Below are positions 54,829 through 64,000 of a stretch of DNA of 64,000 nt, in pieces. The stretch lies in assembly GCF_009914755.1 (NCBI RefSeq), contig NC_060939.1; one strand, given 5' to 3'. A program made the translations under genes and the position numbers. The stretch's first letter is position 1; each line of letters starts with the position of its first letter. Origin of the DNA: the human T2T-CHM13v2.0 reference genome, Homo sapiens. A model generated the notes under the pieces. The model was not told the DNA's origin. It made no database searches and worked only from the letters and a program-made list of their open reading frames with translations.

Positions 54829-55119
54829 GGAGGGATGCCGTGTGGGTGAGCTGGGAAAGGAAGTCAAGACGATGGGAAATGACTTGACTAAAAACCTGGA
54901 AGGGAAAGCACAAGCTTTGGATTTGGGACAAACCTTAGAATTCATGAGTGCTGCCCTATTAACCAGAGCGCACAGCGAATTCCAGAGAAGGACATGCTCC
55001 AGGTCACTGAGGGCCCAGGAGCAGGCAGGAATAGAGGCAGGGCTAGTGCCCTGTCTCTCCTCCAGCATGCCCTTCTGCCTCTGGCGTTTTCCTCTCTGAA
55101 GTTTATGTGGGTGATTCTT

Positions 55120-55360
55120 ATGTGGTGTAATGGTTAGAGGCCCGCACTTGAGAGGCAAAAGATCTTAGCTCTTATACTTATTATCCATATGATCTAAGGC
55201 AAGCTATTCTAAACTCTACGTGCCTCAGATTTTCTAACAATAAACAAGAAATAAATTGCATCTGACTCCTTCGGCTATGGTGATGATAATCAAGTACTTA
55301 ACCTAATAGCTGCACAAAGACAACTCAAAAAATGTTTGCTTTATTATAATAATACTACAA
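55120..55360 (+). mobile_element. MIR
   Basis: GGTGTAATGGTTAGAG...GGCAAGCTATT...GTGCCTCAG. Confidence 0.7.
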
Positions 55361-55689
55361 ACTATTATTATTATTAAAAAGGATATATTTAGGTTGGTAG
55401 AAGACTGACTTAGCTACAGTTAATATATTCCCTGAAAAAAATGCAAAGACATGAAATTAAGCAAATAAAGATATCAAAGTGATATTAAAGAGCAATTGAG
55501 AACAGATAAGGCTTAACGTGAAAAAGAGAACATTTTGTGCCTTGTTTTGTTTGGTAAATGGACTCTCCAATTGCAAGCTGATTTAACATTTTCAAATCAA
55601 AATTTAATACCTAATTAATGATTGACATTTATTTGCATTTGCTATAATTTGCTAAATAATCACAAAACCATAGAAGGTGGCTCTTAAGG

Positions 55690-55915
55690 ATATGGATGGT
55701 TGAGTTGGGCTGCCTAACATTGGGTAGTAGTTCTGCGACTTAGGAGCTGTGAGACTATGGGCAAGTCATTTAACCTCTCTGAGCCTCAGTTTCCTTACTG
55801 TAAATGGAGATGAAGTTATGGGAAGGGTTGCATCAGTTAATATACATGAACATCTTTGAACAGTACCTGAAACATGGGTGCCCCATAGTAGGAAGAATGA
55901 TTTTTAATTGATAGT
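55690..55915 (+). mobile_element. MIR
   Basis: TGGGCAAGTCATTTAACCTCTCTGAGCCTCAGTTTCCTTACTGTAAATGGAGAT. Confidence 0.9.
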
Positions 55916-56358
55916 AAATAATAAAAACAATAATTACTAAATGAATAATAAATACTATTAATATATTAAGTAGAGTTTTTATGATAAAAGCATAACTGAT
56001 TAATTTACAAAGTTTTGGACTACTCTCTCTACTATTTGTACTGGTAAAAACTCTAAATAATTTGTCAGCCAATATCTAGATGTTACTACGTACCAGCTGG
56101 CAGCAATCACAGTGATGGGCTCAGTGCTTGCGGTGAAATAATTAGCCTTATAGAGGTTGAAATAGAAATTCCAAGCCTGTAAGTACTTTACATTTGCTAG
56201 AGCCCATAACTACATTTGTGTCTGATTTATGTCAGTTTTCATACTTACAGTATCCGTTGTGGTTGGAAAGGGGATTTCACTTAAATGCTCTCAAAGCCAA
56301 ATGCAATGTGGCTGCTTCTTTGGACTTCCCCAAATGTTGATGAAACACTCACCTAAAC

Positions 56359-56545
56359 CAGGGATTTTCAAAGTGTTATCCCTGGACCAGCAGCATCAGC
56401 ATCACCCAGGGGCTTTTTAGAAATGCAACTTTTCAGGCCCATCCCAGACCTGCTGCATCAGAAACTCTGGGCTGAGGCCCAGCAGTCTGTGCTTTCAACA
56501 AGCACTCCCAGGAGTTCTGATGCCTGCTCAGTCTGGGAACTGCTG
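56359..56545. mobile_element. MER5A hAT-Charlie MITE
   Basis: TCAAAGTG...GGACCAGCAGCATCAGCATCACC...AGAAATGCA...CATCAGAAACTCTGGG...TTCTGATGC...GAACTGCTG. Confidence 0.92.
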
Positions 56546-58676
56546 CAATAAACCAATATAAATATCAACGCTGACACCTATCAAGCATCAAGCATAGTTA
56601 TTAGAATTGCTACTGGACACTATTAGAGGACCATGCATGCACTTCTCCCCCTCCACTCTGTTTCCTATTTGGTACCTCCCTCTGCTGACACATTCTTCCT
56701 TTTGGATGTGTTAATGTTACTAACCAGGCTGTGCTGAAGTGACTTTCCCCTGAGCCTCAGAGTCCTTTCTGTCACTTCCTATTATATGTTGATTTAATTA
56801 ATTTCACTCTTGAAAAGCGGCTTTATTTTCAACTTCTTAAATTGAACCTCCCTGTCTCTACCCCCTAGACTACTGCCAGCAATGAGAATACTAATTTTAA
56901 GAGGACCATGTTCTTACGGGTGTTTGGCAATGATAGGTTTAATCCCTGGAGTGGTTTAATAGGGGGAATGGTGTAATCAAAATGCAGATGCTACCATCCT
57001 GCTGTTTAAAAGAGTGTTCGCTGCTAGAGAACCTCTGAGCATTCTGGGAAAGGGGGTGAAAAATGGACCTAGAAGAATCGACACAGAAGAAAACCTAGAA
57101 AATATCCAAGTGGGATGGAATTCTGGAGCAGGAATGTAATTTAAGGACCAATGCATATCTGTAGGTATGGCAGTGGCCATAAATTCTGAACAGATCTCAG
57201 ATGTTTTGGACTTTGGTCCATGTATTCTGAGAGTAGACTAACTGGGCACGAGTCTCTGCTGACTGCTGAAAAACTTACAAAGAGTAGGAAGAGAAAACGG
57301 TCAGTGGAAATAAGGAAGAAAATGGTGACTCAAAGAGCAAGGGAATTAGTTCTATTTTTCTTCATGAAGGCTCTGAGTGTGAAACATGGAGTATGAGAGT
57401 TACAGAGTCCCCGCCAGGCCAGCAGCACGCAGTGACTACAGCAATACACAGTGGAGGGTGGTGGCTCAACCCTGGAAGGCAGGATGACAGGCAGACCTAA
57501 GACAGAAAATACTGCAACAGTGGAGAGAGAAGCAAGCCTTCTCAGCCTCACACCAGTGCCTGAACTGAGAAGAACTTGACCAACCACAATTCTGCTAACA
57601 GTATATTGAACAGTGCATTCCTGTCCATATTCTAGACACTCCTAAAGCATTGGCAGGGATGCATTACGTGGCAATAATTATAGCAGTGGTGGCACTAGTC
57701 ATGTTGTAGGACAGGCTTAGATATGGCTGTACTCATAGGGGTAACTTGCATCCAAATGACTTGACTATTTGCTATCTATCAAAAACACTTGTAAGCAGAG
57801 TGTTTCAGGATCACAGAAGATAAATGATCAACTGGCTGGGGAATCCAGGAAGGCTTCCTAGAGGAGGTGACATTGGGCTGTAGGGGAGGAGCTTGAAGGA
57901 AGTCTAGAATTTTAGCAGGCAGAGCAGGTGGAACTGGTTTGCTACATTCTAGTATAATTCCAGGCTAAAGATCCTTCTTTTTAATTGTGTGTGTGTGTGT
58001 TTTATGTGAACACACCAATACTGAGAATGGCATTCTCAGGTAGATCAGGCACCTTAGCACATCCCATTTCCATTTGCCGTTTGTTACCCTGGTCGCCAGT
58101 CTTTCTAAGCATTCCATCTCATGGTGCGCTCTGGCAATGGCACACAGAGCCCTCTGTGATCAGTTGGTAGTGATGCTGTGCTGAGGATGGTGAAGCTGTG
58201 TCCTGACTAGGTGGAGAAGAGGGGCAGTCACTATTAATGAATGACATCTGCCATGGACCAAGGGAAAATCTTTATGAGGGTGAGGACCCTGGGCATTGCC
58301 CTCACTAGCACAACACCCTCCTCTGTTTAGTGGGTGTGGAACTTGCAAACACTACTTGCTCTTTTCCTACTGACATTTCTTTATCTGGGAAATGATACAT
58401 GCATCCTACATATATTACTGGAAAAGAGATGTGTGCTAGAAGAGGTAGATTTCAATACAAACAACAAAAGGACAGTTCCTGACAATACATCAACAGTTTT
58501 CATTCAGTTTTGAAGAGGCTGATGGTATTAATCTAGACACCTACAGTCAGAATCATTCAATAAAGTTCCTGCCATTAATCATGTAATGTTTTCAAAATGA
58601 GTTTGCTTGTTTTTTTTTAATTTTTCCTAGAAGATATATAGAGATAGAACAATGTATACATTGCCTAGAGAGTTAA

Positions 58677-59071
<395 letters not shown>

Positions 59072-59124
59072 AATATCGTATTTTTGTATAGTATAACATA
59101 TTTTTTATAAAATAGTGTGTAGTG

Positions 59125-59451
59125 CAGTCATGTGCTACATAATGATATTTTGGGCAATGACGGACCATGTATACAATGGTGGTACCATAAGATCATAATA
59201 CTGTATTTTTGCCTACATTTTCTATGTTTAGATACACAAATACTATTGTGTTACATTTGCCTATAGTATTCAGTACAGTAACATGCTGTGCAGGTTGGCA
59301 GCCTAGGAGCAATAGGCCATACATATAGCCTAAGTGTGCAATAGACCACCATCTAGGTTTGTGTCAGTACACGCTCTGATGTTCGCACAAGGACAAAAAT
59401 GCCAGAGACAATCCTCAGTGCGTATCACTGTTGTTAAGTGATGCATGACTG
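59125..59451. mobile_element. Tigger3a (MER7A) MITE
   Basis: TIRs CAGTCATG...CATGACTG. Internal CAGTACAGTAACATGCTGT...GCCTAGGAGCAATAGGC...CCATCTAGGTTTGTGT. Confidence 0.92.
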
Positions 59452-60089
59452 TGTTTGCTTTTGTCATACTGGCTATAATAAACAGGGAACATACATTTTA
59501 ACATTTGTGCAAGCATAAATGAATGAAAATACATATATTTCTTCTTTTCTTTTCTTATGGATGAAACTTCATAATTTAGACTTTGCTAAGGATCTTATTC
59601 AAGGTCTCACTGAGGTAATATTTCTTCTGGAGGCAACAGTTAGGCTAGTCTCATCATGGCTGGCATCAATATGGCAACACAATATTGCCCATCCTTTCTC
59701 ACTCTGGTTCTGCCTTTCTTGATTTTTTTTCCCCTAGAACTGTCAAGATGCTCAAATTTATTACTTAAAATAGAGATCATTGCGTGCAATTCAGTAACTT
59801 CCCCTCTGGGGAAACAAGGCCACTTTGAAGTTCCTTTTATTCTCAAAGTTCATTAAGTTTATGCCAGTGGTTGTCTCAAATTAGTTTTATAGAGATAGGC
59901 ATTTTGCAAATTTGTCATTTATTGATTGCATTAAGCTGACCTAATTTAGCTAAGTTGTTTAGAAAAATGACATAATGTGAATTTATCCCCAATTATTAGA
60001 TAGCAAATATATAGTAATTACTAGAAGTGTGCAGACTAGCAACAGATCCTCTAAATGCCGTATTCATTTTATCTGGCACACAGATGATT

Positions 60090-60760
60090 TCAAATTCACT
60101 TACTTATTTAACAAAAATTTACCCTGCACCTATGATATCTCAACATTGTGTTTGGCATGGAAACCTTAAAGGCCAATAAGCCTGAAGGGAAAGCAAAGAG
60201 CCCAAACAAATCCACACAACCAACGCAAAGGAGCATGGGCTGTGAGGAAGGACCCATGGAGGTCGGATGAGAGGAGAGAGCAGAAACTCTGCAGGAAGTG
60301 ATGAAGACTACAGAAAAGACTTGAGAGATGAATAGGAATGTGCTGGAAGCCTGGGGAGGTATCTTGCAAAGAGATGGGCTATGACAAAGCCTGCTGGTTC
60401 TCAGGGAATAGGGACCATTCAAGCGATGGGGACAGAATGGGGTTCAGAGAGAAGTGGGTGGAGTGAGAAGCAGACACAATTCATAAGTGTTATGCTAGCA
60501 TTCGACTGGGCCTGAGGGCTGGGGAGATTTTTAAGCAGAAGAGAGACCTGCTTGGTTTGGTGTTTTTGGAAGCTCACCACGAAAGCTACATGAGAGAAGG
60601 ACTGGAGAGTGGAGACTGAAGCAGAAGATGGGATAAAAAACAGCCTCCAGGGGTGTGCAGAGTCCAGGTAAGAGAGGCTAAATCTGCTCTAAGGAAATGA
60701 CACTGAGTCTAGAGAAGAGAGGAATGAAGGATCTGAGAAATGTTTCAAGGTTCATTTAAC
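60090..60760 (-). mobile_element. L2 3' region
   Basis: TTCACTTACTTATTTAACAAAAATTTA start; GATTTTTAAGCAGAAGAGAGACCTG...GTCCAGGTAAGAGA. Confidence 0.7.
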
Positions 60761-61329
60761 GGCAGAGGTTTTTGCTTCCCTGTGTGTCCACATCATGGGT
60801 CTGAGAGCAGTCTGACCTGAAGCAGAGATAGGGGAGCTTTTGTCTTTTTGGGCTGATTGGCACGTGCCATAGGCTGTCTTCCCACCGCAGATCAATAAGT
60901 GAAGAAGACGGGATGCTGCCCTCATCTTTTTAGGAAGGACCGTAACACTGGACTGATAGTAGCTGCAGATAAACCACCTCCTGCCTAATTATCCCTCTGA
61001 AAGCATAAAGTGTCCCTCCCCTTTCTTCTTGTCCAGGAGCAGCTCCAATGGTGGAGTGTTCAGTCATCCTCTTGTCTCAGTTGGGCAGGGTCAAAGTGCC
61101 AATAGTGCAGAGTCCGAGTCCTACTTGGAAAAATCACACAGTCAACTATAACTCTGTAACAGGAAAGGATGACAACAAGGAGGCACAGAAGTTCCTGGGT
61201 TGCAAGTGCCTTTCGAGCACCTGGAAATTCTATTAGAGCCTATCAGGTAGGTTTGCAATGATGATGCTTCTTCGGCAGCTCTGACCTGCTCTTGCAGAAG
61301 GCATTGTCAAGAATAGGGCATGCCAAGAA

Positions 61330-61520
61330 AGCACCTGGGTGTAAGAATCCTACAGACCTGTTTTGCATCCTGACCTATGTCATCTTTCTTATCTCAGCCA
61401 ACTTACTCAACTCGTCTGAGCCTCATCTCCTTGTCATCAAGCGGGGGTCACACCTAATTTTCTTTCTTTCTGTAGGGACTGAAGGTCATGAAAAATACAA
61501 AATTCTCAACAGAGTGTAAT
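61330..61520 (+). mobile_element. MIR
   Basis: TTACTCAACTCGTCTGAGCCTCATCTCCTTGTC. Confidence 0.6.
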
Positions 61521-61979
61521 GTCCTTGATCTTGCCTCACCTCCCACAGGGAAAGGAAACTTCCTGACTTGAGCCTCTAGCAGAGGCACCAATGGGTTTTC
61601 TCAGGACCCCAGCACAACCCAACTTTCTTTTATTTGCATAGTTGCTTAACTTTTCTATTAATATTCTTCTCTCTGATCGCAAGCATTTTGAAGACAGGCA
61701 ATGCAAAGATGTATTCCTTTTTCCTGTACTTGAAATAATCCTAATCCATTCCATCCCTTGGGGTCGGACCCTGCATCTTATTTATTACCTAAAACATTGC
61801 AAAAGATTAAATAGTTTGAGAAAGATTGGAAATTCACTGTCATAGGTGGTGGCGAAGTTAATGATATGAGAGGGAGAGAAGGAGGCTACTATCAGTTGTT
61901 GAATATGAGACAATGTTTTACACAATGAGTCAGTGTTGTACATTTTACATTTGACTCATCAACCCTGTGAGATCAGTGT

Positions 61980-62392
61980 AGCCATGAACATTGGAACCCC
62001 CTCCCAAAAAATTAGTGTGTGGAACAAGGTAAAATTTATTACTTATGTAAGACAGTTAAGACGAGCAGTAAATATGATGGCTCCACAGGCATCCTTCTGT
62101 GCTAATGTTCTGTAATCCTCAGCTTATTTCCTCCAGGCTCAGGATGGTTGCTTATGCTCCAACCCTCACATCCATATTCTAAGCAGAGGAATGAAGGAAA
62201 ACATAGAAGGTATGTCCACACCCTCTAAGAATATTTCTCAGTTGTGGACCTTTGGTTTCCTCTTACTTGTCTTTCACCAGAATGTACTCTCAGTCTCTTT
62301 TAGCTAGAAGAGAGTCTGGAAAATGAGTCTTTTATCTAAGCACTTAGGCAAACGAGGAGAAAGGATGTGGGCAGCTACGAGTGTCTCCTGTA
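61980..62392 (-). mobile_element. old MLT1 (K/L-like) LTR
   Basis: CAGGATGGTTGCTTATGCTCCAACCCTCACATCCATATTCTAAGCAG...TAGCTAGAAGAGAGTCTGGAAAATG. Confidence 0.65.
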
Positions 62393-62451
62393 GTAAGTGT
62401 CATTGTCCCCACATTTTAATGAGAGGAAACTGAGGCCTCCTGAGTTTAACA

Positions 62452-63058
62452 GTGTTCTGGTTGTCTACTGCTTCATAAGAAACCAACACAAACTTAGTGA
62501 CTCCAAACAATAAACATTTTATTATGTTCATGATTTTGTGGGTCAGAAATTTGGATGGGATCCAACAGGTATGGCCCCACTCTGTACTACAATGACTATG
62601 GCCTAACCTGAAGTGACCTGAAGAGGAAGGGATGCCTGGGGCAACATACCCAGTGTCTGGCACCTCATTTCTGGCATCATCTGGGTTCCTCAATTCTTTT
62701 CTGCATTGTGTCCAGGATTGCTTATTCACTCCCAGGCCTGGCATCTTGGTTGGGACGGCTGGAGCAGCTGAGGTTGGCCAGGCATCTGTCTCTCTCTGCA
62801 TGGGGCTATTCCACATGGCTAGCTTGGGCTTTCTCACAGCATGGCTGTCTTTGAAAGTGAAATTTCTTCTACTAGTGGCTGGCTTTCTCCAGAAAGAGTG
62901 TTCCAAGAGACCAAGGTAGAAGTTACACACTCCTTAAGTTAGCTTTGGAAGACATACTTCTGTCACAATTCACTAAGCTCATCCAGATTCAAAGGATCAG
63001 GATTTAAACAATGCATCTCATTGAAGAGAGTCATAGAAACTTTGCAGCCATCTTTTTC
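62452..63058 (-). mobile_element. MLT1H/G-like LTR inserted in a MIR
   Basis: CAAACTTAGTGACTCCAAACAATAAACATTTTATTATGTTCATGATTTTGTGGGTCAGAAATTTGG...CCACATGGCTAGCTTGGGCTT...CCAGATTCAAAGG. MIR pieces lie at ~61915-61978, 62400-62450 and 63060-63140. Confidence 0.85.
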
Positions 63059-64000
63059 ACGAAGTGATTGCTTAAGAAAACACAGCTAGGAAGTTAAGGG
63101 GCTCAGCTTGGAGCATAGAGTTGACTTTACACTACATGCCTTTAAGCAGCAGGTCTTGGTGCTTTAAAAGAGTAAATTAAACAAGTTGACTTTTTCGTAG
63201 GCATCAAAGATAGTAGCTGGCTATAGAGCAGCGGGATGTAGTAAGATTTGTGACAATGGTATTTTTGTTGGGTGCACAGATTCTGGCTCTCAATGGAGTA
63301 TGCCCTGGGGCTTTGCACTCAGCTCTCTTACTAAATGTAGCTGCCCCCCTCCTTCCTCTCTCCAAGCCCCCTCCAGCTGAACAACTGGGCTACTGCTCTG
63401 CTGTCTCTTTCATATTTGTGAATACTCTCTCAGGTCTGGGAAATCAGATTGTCTCATTTAAATTTAATTTAAATTTCTGTTTGAAGAATCAACCTGAGAC
63501 ATCAAAGGGAATCCAAAAAATGCACTACACAATAAATGATCAAATGACTTCTAAAGATATTGCACTTTTATATCTAGAAATATTAGATCAAAACTCCAAT
63601 TTCTTTTATTGTTAAAATTAAAGAGAGACTTAAAAGAAACTGCCATGTAAGTTTGACACTGTGTTTAACCAACAGACAAATTGGCATAGCCTGGTAAGGT
63701 TATAACCATCAATACATGCATTCTTTCCCTAATTCATAATGAGTCACAGTCTTCCAGTCACTAAACGTCAACTTGGTTTCAAGTTAATTTTCTTCAAGTC
63801 ATAAAAATATTATTCAGAGTACAGGTCACAGATGCCTAATTTACAATCTGGGTATAATTAAATTACCAGTTTATCTGTTCAAAACAGACTGAGTTTGGTG
63901 TTGAAATATGGCCTTTGAGAAACCAACTTCTCAGAAAAAATTCCATCTTAATTATTTGTGCATTTAATTTTTGAAGATCTGAAGTCCTATTCCCTATGTT

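Noticed and set aside
56900-57600. Purine-rich block possibly an old LTR (also 25330-25700 and 44000-44450)
   Set aside because: I could not identify termini, TSD or family with enough confidence to list it.
62400-62930. Longest ORF in the window (176 aa)
   Set aside because: It lies almost entirely within an MLT1 LTR, with no recognisable domain and a non-ATG start.

Overview
This is primate (human-like) non-coding genomic DNA, intergenic or deep intronic, and I cannot name the locus from sequence alone. No protein-coding exon, tRNA, rRNA or CRISPR array is supportable. The supplied ORFs I could trace come from Alus, LTRs, L1 or low-complexity DNA, and the rest have no recognisable protein content. 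The window is a mosaic of transposon fossils: 9 Alus (6 of them 5'-truncated), about 17 solo or partial LTRs (THE1, MSTA, several MLT1 and MLT2, LTR8, LTR47, one unassigned), an old L1M, many L2 and MIR fragments, and DNA-transposon MITEs (MER5, MER58A, MER44B, Tigger3a). Several insertions are nested and keep visible target-site duplications (TSDs). The most notable items are: (1) a 127-bp, ~91% identical local duplication whose second copy sits in a TA-rich simple-repeat block; (2) a heavily eroded ERV-L-like pol relic that is the donor of that duplication; (3) a compact RUNX/ETS/kB/STAT motif cluster at ~30.9-31.0 kb; (4) a TATA plus donor-splice-site arrangement at ~26.35-26.46 kb; (5) a CTCF-like site inside an LTR; (6) a perfect 12-bp-arm hairpin inside an MLT1. 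I found no convincing new biological system. Repeat family names come from recalled consensus sequences, and boundaries of old elements are approximate.
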